Source: Prochlorococcus marinus subsp. pastoris str. CCMP1986 (GTDB lineage: Bacteria > Cyanobacteriota > Cyanobacteriia > PCC-6307 > Cyanobiaceae). Taken from it: DNA of 32,000 nt. The position numbers were made by a program, and so were the translations under genes. The DNA lies in NCBI RefSeq assembly GCF_000011465.1, contig NC_005072.1:510001-542000 (forward strand), in the 5' to 3' direction. Positions 1-10,518 of this stretch are shown here, in pieces (within the stretch, counting starts at the first letter, position 1; each line of letters opens with the position of its first letter). The notes beneath the pieces are model-generated. The model saw only the letters and a list, made by a program, of their open reading frames with translations. It was not told where the DNA came from and did no database searches.

Positions 1-60
1 TTCAATTACCCAAAATTATAAAATTAATGAGAAAAAAAGGAGAAATTGAATAAATTCAAG

Positions 61-768
61 TCACAATAATTCTTTAATCTTATCTGTTTTATAGTAGATT
101 TTTTCAATTTTTATATTTGACTTCGATTCTAGAAATGAATTAATCAAATATTTAATTATTTCGTCATTAGTGAGATTTAAATTAATTTTTTTGGGAGGCT
201 CTTCTCCAAATAATCTGAACCACAAGTCTCTTGGGGGGTTAAGCTGAATTTCCCCATGCTGAAGAAATGCCCCTTTCTTTCTGTATTGGGCGCTTCCTAT
301 ACGTTTAAAACCATATTGATCAACTAAATCAGACACATAAGATGATTCAAAACAGTTCTCTTTAATTATTGATTTTTTTAAAGTTCCTCTTTTTAAACTT
401 AAACCTAAATCATTAAAACTTTTAATTAACCAATTATTTACTAGCTCATAACTAAAGATCTTATAAGAAGGTTTTTTAAATGTTAAAGCGTATGTGATCC
501 CTCCAGAATGAAGTACTGCACCGCCTCCTGAGGGTCTTCTTACTACCTTAATGATGCCATCCTCTAAAAGCTTTTCCCAATGAGGTGGAATTGCTTTTTG
601 ATGATAACCAAGAGAAATCCAATTTCCCTCCCAATGATAGAACCTTAATGTAAAAAGAATTTCAACTTTGGAAATAGTTTTTTCTAAAAAATGTAAATCT
701 AGAGCCATTTGTTCAACTCCAGTTAATTTCATTGTTGAAATGATTAAAGCTTGATTATCTATTCTCAA
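61..768 (-). CDS. Lipoate-protein ligase A-family protein (single catalytic BPL/LPL domain)
   Basis: 235-aa ORF. The motifs RRPSGGGAVLHSGG and KRIGSAQYRKKGAFLQHGEI resemble the LplA-type lipoyl-AMP binding and catalytic-lysine regions. The exact start among the N-terminal Met codons is unresolved. Confidence 0.7.
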   Translation of the reverse strand: MRIDNQALIISTMKLTGVEQMALDLHFLEKTISKVEILFTLRFYHWEGNWISLGYHQKAIPPHWEKLLEDGIIKVVRRPSGGGAVLHSGGITYALTFKKPSYKIFSYELVNNWLIKSFNDLGLSLKRGTLKKSIIKENCFESSYVSDLVDQYGFKRIGSAQYRKKGAFLQHGEIQLNPPRDLWFRLFGEEPPKKINLNLTNDEIIKYLINSFLESKSNIKIEKIYYKTDKIKELL

Positions 769-865
769 AACTATTTTTTGATTTAATTACGTAACAGCAT
801 TTTGTAATAGTCTATCAATTTTTCACTTTTGGGTAGAGAATATAGAAAATAAATATGTATTTATT

Positions 866-970
866 ATGGAGCCATCTCAATCAATCAATTTAATAATACT
901 TGGTCTTATTGTGGTAATGCATGCAGGTGTATTGGCTTTAAGACTTGGCATAAGTTTAGCTAGAACATAA
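866..970 (+). CDS. psaM: Photosystem I subunit XII (PsaM), 34 aa; absent from the ORF track because of its length
   Basis: ATG at 866 and TAA at 968-970. The translation [34 protein letters not shown] is a single hydrophobic helix that matches my recollection of Prochlorococcus PsaM. It lies in an otherwise empty ~290-bp gap. Confidence 0.6.
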
Positions 971-1059
971 AAAACTAATTTTGATTATAAAAAACTTTAT
1001 GTTATTAATTAAAGAAGACTTTTATTCTTGAGTCTTTTATCTAATTTCTTAAAAATAAT

Positions 1060-1407
1060 TTGCCTAGACATTACCGTAAAAGTACTTCTACGGACAAAAG
1101 ATCTTTAGCATCTGCTATAGAGATAAACTATAAAGAACAAGAAGATTTTGTAAGCTCTGTTTTTCTTGGGTTAAAAGTTTGTTTTTCTCTTTTAGCAATA
1201 GTGAGTTTATTAAAAATTGGATATAGCTCAAAAGTTAGATTAACTAGATTGAGGGAGATTAAAAATTCTTATTTATATGAAAAATCAAGGTTTGATGGTT
1301 TAAGCAGTAGATTTGATGATTTAATCTCTTTAGAGGGCGAGCAAAGATTTATGAAGGATCAAGATCAAATGATTTCTAGAGACATAATCAGAGTAATATG
1401 GCGTTGA
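1060..1407 (+). CDS. Hypothetical single-pass membrane protein with a charged, coiled-coil-like C-terminal half
   Basis: 115-aa ORF with a TTG start in the track. It has a hydrophobic segment FLGLKVCFSLLAIVSLL followed by a K/R/E/D-rich region. I recognise no family. Confidence 0.45.
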   Translation: MPRHYRKSTSTDKRSLASAIEINYKEQEDFVSSVFLGLKVCFSLLAIVSLLKIGYSSKVRLTRLREIKNSYLYEKSRFDGLSSRFDDLISLEGEQRFMKDQDQMISRDIIRVIWR

Positions 1408-1464
1408 TAAGTATGATTATAGGGTCATTTAATTATCGAATTTTTTAATTAATTTTTACAGCTT

Positions 1465-2469
1465 GTGGGTAAGAGTATTAAGGGCTTAGTCCTAATAACA
1501 GGAACAACATCAGGAGTAGGATTAAATACCTTAAAACCTTTGTTGAAATTTGGATGGGAAGTTATAGCGGTAAATCGCTCAAATAAAAGGGCAGTAGAAA
1601 TAGCTCAGCAATCTTTAACAGATTCTCAAATAAAAAATATTCATTTTATAGAAATTGATTTGTCTGATTTAGACGATGTAAGAAATGGTTGTAGTGAGAT
1701 ATTGAAAAAATTTAAAAAACCCATAAATTCTATTATTTGTAATGCTGCAGTTTATAAACCAAGATTACGGAAGCCTGAAAGGTCTCCCCAAGGATTTGAA
1801 AATTCTATGGCAGTTAATCATTTTGGTCATTTTCTCTTGATTAATCTTCTTCTTGATAATATTTTGTCCTCTGAGAAAGAAATTGATTTAAATGGTAGAA
1901 CAATTAAATTCAAACCAAGAATAACCGTATTAGGAACTGTTACGGCAAATTATTCAGAACTAGGCGGAAGAATTCCTATACCTGCTCCAGCTGATCTAGG
2001 TAATTTATCTGGATTTAAAAATGGATTTTTATCTCCAATTAGCATGGCAAATGGAAAAAAATTTAAACCCGGGAAAGCATATAAAGATAGCAAACTGTGC
2101 AATATGGTGACAGTACAAGAATTATCAAAAAAATATCCTAAAGAAAGAATAATTTTTAATTCCCTTTACCCTGGATGTGTGGCCGATACAAAACTCTTTA
2201 GGGATACCCCTTGGCTTTTTAGATTTTTATTCCCAATCTTTCAAAAATTCATCACAAAAGGATATGTATCTCAAAGATTAGCTGGAGAAAGAGTAGCTCA
2301 AGTAGCGACTCTTAAAGAATATGCTAAGCCAGCAGTCCATTGGAGTTGGGGAAATCGCCAAAAGTTAGGAAGAAAAGCTTTTTCTCAAAAATTGTCTAAG
2401 AGAATTATTGATTCAAATATTTCAAGACAAACTTATGAATTAACTAGAAAATTGGTTGGATTAGCTTAG
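1465..2469 (+). CDS. por: Light-dependent NADPH:protochlorophyllide oxidoreductase (LPOR), SDR family
   Basis: 334 aa with a GTG start. It has the N-terminal Rossmann motif ITGTTSGVG, the catalytic YKDSK (YxxxK) and a LPOR-typical length and insertion. Confidence 0.9.
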   Translation: MGKSIKGLVLITGTTSGVGLNTLKPLLKFGWEVIAVNRSNKRAVEIAQQSLTDSQIKNIHFIEIDLSDLDDVRNGCSEILKKFKKPINSIICNAAVYKPRLRKPERSPQGFENSMAVNHFGHFLLINLLLDNILSSEKEIDLNGRTIKFKPRITVLGTVTANYSELGGRIPIPAPADLGNLSGFKNGFLSPISMANGKKFKPGKAYKDSKLCNMVTVQELSKKYPKERIIFNSLYPGCVADTKLFRDTPWLFRFLFPIFQKFITKGYVSQRLAGERVAQVATLKEYAKPAVHWSWGNRQKLGRKAFSQKLSKRIIDSNISRQTYELTRKLVGLA

Positions 2470-2473
2470 GTAG

Positions 2474-3361
<888 letters not shown>

Positions 3362-3552
3362 TTAAAGCTGAAATTAACACGTTAATAAATACATTCTTGC
3401 AGGAATATGCTTCTATAAATGTATTTCTCAACAAATAGTTATTTATCAAGATTAAAGATACAAGATATATGTTTATAACTAGATATTATGGGATTATTAT
3501 TGTTATTATGAGTGAAAATACTCATGCTAGAGTAATATTTTATTTGTAAGGA

Positions 3553-5133
3553 TTAACCGAAATAAGCCTTCGCGTCGTAAAGGGTCTCGTCGTTAATTTC
3601 AGGGAGACCTTTGGATAGAGCGTATTTCTCGGTATTTGATTTAACTTTACCTCTTACAAAAAATGGAACTTTTGTAAGTTCTGCTCTTCCAGAGTCTGTC
3701 CAAATTATATTCCCCTTTTTTTGAACATTTATATTACTTTGGGCATGCTCATCTACTTTATTATCAAGACCTTTTGTAGCAGTATGGCCAAGATGACTTT
3801 GATGGCCATCAACAAATTCAAAGTCATGTTTGAACATATCAATAAGATGTTCTTCAAGACCCATCATAAGAGGATGAACCCAGTCGTCAAAAATTACATT
3901 TGCGCCTTCCCATCCCATTTGAGGGCTGTATCTTGCAGGAACATCTTGAACATGCATTGGAGTACTAATTACTGAGCATGGGATACCAAGTCTTTTTGCG
4001 CTGTGCCTTTCCATTTGGGTCCCTAAAACTAATTCGGGAGATGCTTTTTTCATGGCATCTTCTACTTCTAAGTAACTATTGGTAATTAGTGCTTCTATAT
4101 TTAATTCCTTAGCTGCAGCTCTTACTTGCCTTGCCATTTCTCTACTATAAGTTCCCAATCCAACCACCTCAAAACCTAATTCATCTTTAGCAATTTTGGC
4201 AGCTGCAATAGCATGAGTACCGTCACCAAATACAAAAACTCTTTTCCCAGTCAAGTAATTTGAATCAACTGACTTTGAGTACCATGGAAGTTTTGACTTG
4301 TGCTCTAGTTCCTTTTGATTCGTTAACGGAAGGTCAAGTTTTTCATGAACTTCGTTAATAAAATTAATTGTATTTTTTATACCAATTGGGATGGTAGTTG
4401 TATATTCCATTCCGCAATTACGCTTAAGCCATTCACAAGAAGTCTCAGCAATCTCGTGATACAGACAAATATTAATATCAGCATCAGTTAATCTTGTAAT
4501 ATCATCTGGACTTGATCCAAGTGGTGCAACCACATTAGTATCAATACCTTGCTCTGAAAGGATACGTTGAATCTCGATAACATCATCTCTGCATCTAAAT
4601 CCTAATAATGTAGGACCTAATATATTTACTTTAGGTCTTCGACCTAAAGATTTCCATCTTTGAGGATTAATCTTGTCAATTTCGTTTGCCTTATCTTTTA
4701 AAAGAGTTCTAATTATTTGATAAAAGGTTTCTGAGGCACCCCAGTTTTCTTTTTTGCTATAGGCTGGAAGTTCAAGGTTCACTATTGGGATATCAAAACC
4801 CATACCTTTTGCAAGTGCTCCTGGCTGATCTTGTATTAATTCAGCAGTGCAACTTTCACCTACTAAAAGAGTTTTTGGTTTAAATCTTTCAACTGCTTCA
4901 GTAATATTCCTTTTAACTAGTTCTGCTGTATCTCCTCCTAAGTCTCTAGCCTGAAATGTTGTATAAGTTACTGGTGGTCTTTGACCTCTTCGTTCAATCA
5001 TTGTGAAAAGAAGATCTGCATAAGTATCTCCTTGAGGAGCATGGAGAACATAATGAATATCTTTCATTGATGATGCAACTCTCATTGCACCTACATGAGG
5101 AGGGCCTTCATATGTCCAAAGAGTTAATTCCAT
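3553..5133 (-). CDS. chlB: DPOR subunit B (ChlB)
   Basis: 526 aa and NifK-like. The N-terminus [20 protein letters not shown] is typical of ChlB. It starts 3 nt after the chlN stop. Confidence 0.95.
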   Translation of the reverse strand: MELTLWTYEGPPHVGAMRVASSMKDIHYVLHAPQGDTYADLLFTMIERRGQRPPVTYTTFQARDLGGDTAELVKRNITEAVERFKPKTLLVGESCTAELIQDQPGALAKGMGFDIPIVNLELPAYSKKENWGASETFYQIIRTLLKDKANEIDKINPQRWKSLGRRPKVNILGPTLLGFRCRDDVIEIQRILSEQGIDTNVVAPLGSSPDDITRLTDADINICLYHEIAETSCEWLKRNCGMEYTTTIPIGIKNTINFINEVHEKLDLPLTNQKELEHKSKLPWYSKSVDSNYLTGKRVFVFGDGTHAIAAAKIAKDELGFEVVGLGTYSREMARQVRAAAKELNIEALITNSYLEVEDAMKKASPELVLGTQMERHSAKRLGIPCSVISTPMHVQDVPARYSPQMGWEGANVIFDDWVHPLMMGLEEHLIDMFKHDFEFVDGHQSHLGHTATKGLDNKVDEHAQSNINVQKKGNIIWTDSGRAELTKVPFFVRGKVKSNTEKYALSKGLPEINDETLYDAKAYFG

Positions 5134-5136
5134 AAT

Positions 5137-6408
<1,272 letters not shown>

Positions 6409-6549
6409 TTATTCTTCAAGCTTGCATAAACTTTTGGATTTAAGCACTAATTGATAAGTTCTCTTACAAAATGTATACATTTAAAAAACTTATATGAAAG
6501 TTTAAAAACTTTAATAAGAATAATTAAACTAATTTATTGACTCTGAAAT

Positions 6550-6918
6550 TTAATTTCTGTAATAAGAACTTCCTTGGCCAAGTTTAGATAATTTCCAGAC
6601 ATTCCTGGCAACTTTTATGGCTAATATTCCACCTCTCTCTATCTTTGATTTGCCAGGCTTTGCTCCCATTAAAATTGAGACTTCGGAAGTTGTTAGAGGT
6701 GCTCCTGTCTTAATAGCTAATTCGGTTAACTCTAGTCTATCTCTAAGATTTTTAAGATTTAATTGATCTGGTTTCATCTCTCCCAACCAACTAAATGAAG
6801 GATCTTTCTGAGATAACTTTTGCATTAAACTTAAGCTTACTAAACCGAGGGTTTGATCAGGACTTAATTCATTGTCAGATGCAGAAGAATCTGGTCCTTT
6901 TTTTTGAGAAGTTACCAT
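6550..6918 (-). CDS. Hypothetical protein; the C-terminal half weakly resembles an excisionase/MerR-type HTH
   Basis: 122-aa ORF divergent from csoS1D. The segment PLTTSEVSILMGAKPGKSKIERGGILAIKVARNVWKL has the spacing of HTH_17-like domains. This is a by-eye similarity only. Confidence 0.5.
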   Translation of the reverse strand: MVTSQKKGPDSSASDNELSPDQTLGLVSLSLMQKLSQKDPSFSWLGEMKPDQLNLKNLRDRLELTELAIKTGAPLTTSEVSILMGAKPGKSKIERGGILAIKVARNVWKLSKLGQGSSYYRN

Positions 6919-6950
6919 AAAATTTCATATCTTTAATTTGAAGTTATCGG

Positions 6951-6960
6951 TTCGTACGAA
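6951..6960. promoter_or_regulatory. Perfect 10-bp palindrome TTCGTACGAA in the divergent spacer between the 122-aa ORF and csoS1D
   Basis: Read directly from the sequence. It lies 57-66 nt upstream of the csoS1D ATG. It is relatively GC-rich within a very AT-rich spacer and is followed by GCATGC. Confidence 0.3.
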
Positions 6961-7016
6961 GCATGCAAGTTAATTTAATAGAAAAAAAAGAACCCTAATC
7001 CGTTATAGTCTCCTGA

Positions 7017-7787
7017 ATGGAACCAACTTCTAGCTTAAATAGAGGAGATCGAAAAAAAGGAAGTTCTCTTGTTACTGGATCTGAAGTTCAATCTCAGTCC
7101 AATGGAGCTAGCTGTTTTATAACAACTGACTCTGAAAAGTCATTAGTTTCAAGACAAGCAAGTCAAGTTGAGCAAATAGAATTAAGGACATATGTTTTTT
7201 TAGATTCTTTACAACCTCAGTTAGCTGCATATATGGGGACTGTGAGTAGAGGTTTTTTACCAATTCCAGGTGATTCTTGCTTATGGATGGAAGTTTCTCC
7301 CGGAATGGCAGTTCATAGGGTTACTGATATAGCTTTAAAGGCAAGTAATGTAAGGCTAGGTCAGATGATTGTGGAAAGAGCCTTTGGCTCTTTAGCTCTT
7401 TACCATAAGGATCAAAGTACAGTTTTGCATTCAGGAGATGTGGTTTTAGATGCTATTGGGAGTGAAGTGAGGAAAAGAACCAAGCCATCAACAAGTTGGA
7501 CAGAAGTTATTTGTGCAATTACTCCAGATCATGCAGTTTTAATCAATAGGCAAAACAGAAGTGGATCTATGATTCAATCTGGAATGAGCATGTTTATTTT
7601 GGAGACCGAACCAGCCGGATATGTACTTAAGGCAGCTAATGAAGCTGAAAAATCCGCTAATATAACCATCATTGATGTAAAAGCCGTTGGAGCTTTTGGA
7701 AGACTCACTCTTGCAGGGAAAGAGGGAGATGTTGAAGAGGCCGCAGCAGCTGCAATAAGAGCAATTGATCAAATATCAAATTATTAA
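7017..7787 (+). CDS. csoS1D: Carboxysome shell protein CsoS1D (tandem BMC-domain, pseudohexamer-forming)
   Basis: 256 aa with a low-complexity N-terminus followed by two BMC-like halves. The sequence and its position upstream of the cso operon match Prochlorococcus CsoS1D as I recall it. Confidence 0.9.
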   Translation: MEPTSSLNRGDRKKGSSLVTGSEVQSQSNGASCFITTDSEKSLVSRQASQVEQIELRTYVFLDSLQPQLAAYMGTVSRGFLPIPGDSCLWMEVSPGMAVHRVTDIALKASNVRLGQMIVERAFGSLALYHKDQSTVLHSGDVVLDAIGSEVRKRTKPSTSWTEVICAITPDHAVLINRQNRSGSMIQSGMSMFILETEPAGYVLKAANEAEKSANITIIDVKAVGAFGRLTLAGKEGDVEEAAAAAIRAIDQISNY

Positions 7788-7795
7788 ATAGATTT

Positions 7796-8383
7796 TTAAT
7801 CTATTCCAAATTCTCTTTTTAAAAAAGGAGCAATATTTTTTGCGGCTTTACCTCTACTCCCAAGTTTACTCAATTGAGAATGACTTAATTCTCCATATAC
7901 ACAATTAGCCTCCTTAACCCAAAAAATAGATTCAAACTCTCCGTTAGGATATTTTGGTTCTTTAAGAATTTCCCCCCAGCAAATACCCGTTGCATCTTTT
8001 ACTAACTTCCCTTCTGGATCACATAGAACCATGCAACTAATGAATTTTGCGCTTCTGTAAGGGATATCACTGAGCTCTCTTATTAACTTAATAAGCTTAT
8101 CATCGTTATTTTTGGCATATCTTGCAGAATATATACCCGGTCTTCCATCTAAATAATCAACCTCAAGCCCTGAGTCATCAGCTAAGGCCCAAGTCTTAGT
8201 CTCTAAAGAAGCTGCTTTTGCTTTTAAAAAAGCGTTGTCAAAATAGGTTTTGCCTGTCTCTTCTACATTTAAATGTTCGGGTTGTTTTTTTACTTTTAAA
8301 GATAGAACATCTAACATCTCTAATATTTCAGATACCTTCTTTTGATTTCCGCTTGCAATAGTAAGAACAGAAGAAGAATTCAA
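7796..8383 (-). CDS. rdgB: Non-canonical purine NTP pyrophosphatase (HAM1/RdgB family)
   Basis: 195 aa with a TTG start in the track. It has the N-terminal IASGNQKKVSEI motif, a central DDSGLEVD and a C-terminal SRGKA-type motif typical of the family. Confidence 0.85.
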   Translation of the reverse strand: MNSSSVLTIASGNQKKVSEILEMLDVLSLKVKKQPEHLNVEETGKTYFDNAFLKAKAASLETKTWALADDSGLEVDYLDGRPGIYSARYAKNNDDKLIKLIRELSDIPYRSAKFISCMVLCDPEGKLVKDATGICWGEILKEPKYPNGEFESIFWVKEANCVYGELSHSQLSKLGSRGKAAKNIAPFLKREFGID

Positions 8384-8433
8384 AATAATATAAAAAATAT
8401 CTGAATATTATCTTACTTTAAAACTTGATACAG

Positions 8434-8481
8434 AGACAGGAGGGGTTGAACATTCCACACCTGAGTAGACAGGGCCTGTCT
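8434..8481. other. GC-rich element: AGACAGG (8434-8440), AGACAGG (8467-8473) and CCTGTCT (8475-8481), allowing two mutually exclusive hairpins
   Basis: Read directly from the sequence. 8467-8481 is a 15-nt palindrome, AGACAGG-G-CCTGTCT. The upstream AGACAGG copy could pair with the same CCTGTCT arm and enclose repeat copy 1. Confidence 0.4.
8443..8459 (+). repeat. Direct repeat copy 1: GGGTTGAACATTCCACA
   Basis: 16 of 17 nt are identical to 8675-8691, including an exact 14-mer TTGAACATTCCACA at 8446-8459. Confidence 0.8.
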
Positions 8482-8674
8482 CGTACGCGCATAACATAAT
8501 GTAAATTTTTTATTAACACAACCGTATGTTTTGATGCACTAACTAATTTCGATAAGTATTGACATATCAATAGTAGCAAGGGTGATAAGTTTAACTTATC
8601 AATGATAGAAAAAACATTAATAGAGTATTTAGTAAAAAATGCTTGACTTATCAGTACGTTATGGACCATTCTTC

Positions 8675-8691
8675 GGATTGAACATTCCACA
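8675..8691 (+). repeat. Direct repeat copy 2: GGATTGAACATTCCACA, ending 19 nt upstream of the csoS1 ATG
   Basis: The exact 14-mer TTGAACATTCCACA lies at 8678-8691, 232 bp downstream of copy 1 in the same orientation. Confidence 0.8.
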
Positions 8692-8709
8692 TTTAGTAAT
8701 TAGTAGGCA

Positions 8710-9021
8710 ATGGCTACAGAAACAATGGGTATCGCACTCGGCATGATCGAGACACGCGGACTTGTACCTGCAATCGAAGCAGCAGACGCAATGACCAAGG
8801 CAGCAGAAGTTCGTCTTATTGGTCGTGAATTCGTAGGTGGCGGTTATGTCACAGTTTTGGTTAGAGGAGAAACAGGAGCTGTCAACGCAGCAGTAAGAGC
8901 TGGAGCTGATGCTTGTGAGAGAGTTGGTGATGGTCTCGTCGCAGCTCACATCATTGCTCGCCCTCATAGAGAAGTTGAGCCAGCACTTGGTAATGGCGAT
9001 TTCCTTGGTCAAAAGGACTAA
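8710..9021 (+). CDS. csoS1: Major alpha-carboxysome shell protein CsoS1 (BMC-H)
   Basis: 103 aa. MGIALGMIETRGLVPAIEAADAMTKAAEV is the canonical single BMC domain. GC content is visibly higher than the surroundings, as expected for a highly expressed gene. Confidence 0.97.
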   Translation: MATETMGIALGMIETRGLVPAIEAADAMTKAAEVRLIGREFVGGGYVTVLVRGETGAVNAAVRAGADACERVGDGLVAAHIIARPHREVEPALGNGDFLGQKD

Positions 9022-9086
9022 TTAAATAAAGCAAAATCTAATTTTGCCAAAAAATAATTTCCCTTAATAGACCTAAATTTATCCTT

Positions 9087-10502
9087 ATGAGTAAGAAGTA
9101 TGACGCTGGGGTAAAGGAGTACAGAGATACCTACTGGACTCCTGAATATGTCCCCCTCGACACTGATTTGTTAGCCTGTTTCAAATGCACAGGCCAAGAA
9201 GGTGTCCCAAGAGAAGAAGTTGCAGCAGCGGTAGCGGCTGAATCTTCTACTGGTACTTGGTCGACTGTTTGGTCCGAGTTACTTACCGACCTTGAATTTT
9301 ACAAAGGCCGTTGTTATCGAATCGAAGACGTTCCTGGTGATCCAGAAGCCTTTTATGCATTTATTGCATACCCTTTAGATCTTTTCGAAGAAGGTTCAAT
9401 CACAAACGTATTAACCTCTTTAGTAGGTAACGTATTTGGATTTAAAGCTTTAAGACATCTCCGTCTTGAAGATATTAGATTCCCAATTGCTTTTATTAAG
9501 ACCTGTGGTGGACCACCTAACGGAATAGTAGTTGAAAGAGATCGACTTAATAAGTATGGAAGACCACTTCTAGGTTGTACCATCAAACCTAAATTAGGAT
9601 TGTCTGGTAAGAACTACGGAAGGGTTGTCTATGAATGCCTTAGAGGGGGTCTTGATCTAACTAAAGATGATGAGAATATCAATTCTCAGCCATTCCAACG
9701 TTGGAGAGAACGATTTGAGTTCGTTGCTGAAGCCGTTAAACTTGCTCAGCAAGAAACTGGAGAAGTAAAAGGTCATTATTTAAATTGCACCGCTAATACC
9801 CCTGAAGAACTATACGAACGTGCAGAGTTTGCTAAAGAGCTTGATATGCCAATCATCATGCATGATTACATAACTGGTGGATTTACAGCAAATACTGGCC
9901 TTGCAAACTGGTGTCGTAAAAATGGCATGCTTCTGCATATACACAGAGCTATGCACGCTGTTATTGATAGACATCCAAAACATGGTATCCACTTCAGAGT
10001 TCTAGCGAAATGTTTAAGACTCTCTGGAGGAGACCAGTTACATACTGGAACCGTTGTTGGGAAACTAGAAGGTGATCGTCAAACTACTCTTGGTTACATT
10101 GATAACTTAAGAGAATCATTTGTTCCCGAAGACAGATCAAGAGGTAACTTCTTTGATCAAGATTGGGGATCAATGCCTGGAGTTTTTGCTGTTGCATCTG
10201 GTGGTATCCACGTTTGGCATATGCCAGCACTGCTTGCAATATTTGGAGATGATTCTTGTCTTCAATTCGGAGGAGGAACTCATGGTCATCCATGGGGTTC
10301 AGCTGCCGGAGCTGCTGCAAACCGTGTTGCATTAGAAGCTTGTGTGAAAGCACGTAATGCAGGTCGCGAAATCGAAAAAGAGAGTAGAGACATTCTAATG
10401 GAAGCTGCTAAGCATAGTCCTGAATTAGCTATTGCACTCGAAACTTGGAAAGAAATCAAGTTTGAGTTTGATACCGTTGATAAGCTCGACGTTCAAGGCT
10501 AA
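9087..10502 (+). CDS. cbbL: RuBisCO large subunit, form IA
   Basis: 471 aa. It has the active-site context [17 protein letters not shown], the motif [11 protein letters not shown] and a form I N-terminus, [21 protein letters not shown]. Confidence 0.99.
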
Positions 10503-10518
10503 CTCAGATTTCAAACAA

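Noticed and set aside
3721-3975. Short ORFs nested inside or antisense to well-supported genes: 3721-3975, 7539-7772, 9353-9586, 9810-9992, 10084-10353, 10120-10335, 10432-10617, 11620-11832, 11717-11914, 12319-12528, 13084-13275, 18676-18867, 26333-26725, 29577-29777, 29872-30069 and 31705-31896.
   Set aside because: Each overlaps a longer ORF with clear family motifs, and none shows recognisable motifs itself. Such shadow ORFs are expected by chance. There is no independent evidence for overlapping genes.
6469-6482. A perfect 14-nt palindrome AAATGTATACATTT, 76-89 nt upstream of chlN. AAATGTAT-like half-sites also occur in the chlB-chlL spacer, so it is a possible DPOR operator.
   Set aside because: The palindrome is made almost entirely of A/T. 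My rough estimate is that several perfect 14-nt palindromes are expected by chance in 32 kb of this composition, and the 8-mer half-site is also expected several times. It is not distinguishable from background without comparative data.
8446-8459. Interpreting the repeated TTGAACATTCCACA motif as DnaA boxes (core TTCCACA).
   Set aside because: It matches only 7 of 9 positions of the cyanobacterial consensus. ATTCCACA and GTTCCACA also occur inside coding sequence, at 14293-14300 and around 2534-2541. I kept it only as a low-weight possibility within the repeat finding.
8418-9012. Track ORFs 8418-8690 (-, 90 aa) and 8659-9012 (-, 117 aa, Cys-rich), located upstream of and antisense to csoS1.
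   Set aside because: The first lies entirely in the ham1-csoS1 spacer and has no protein-like features. The second is the antisense shadow of the GC-richer, highly biased csoS1 gene. Both are explained by regulatory DNA and an opposite-strand CDS.
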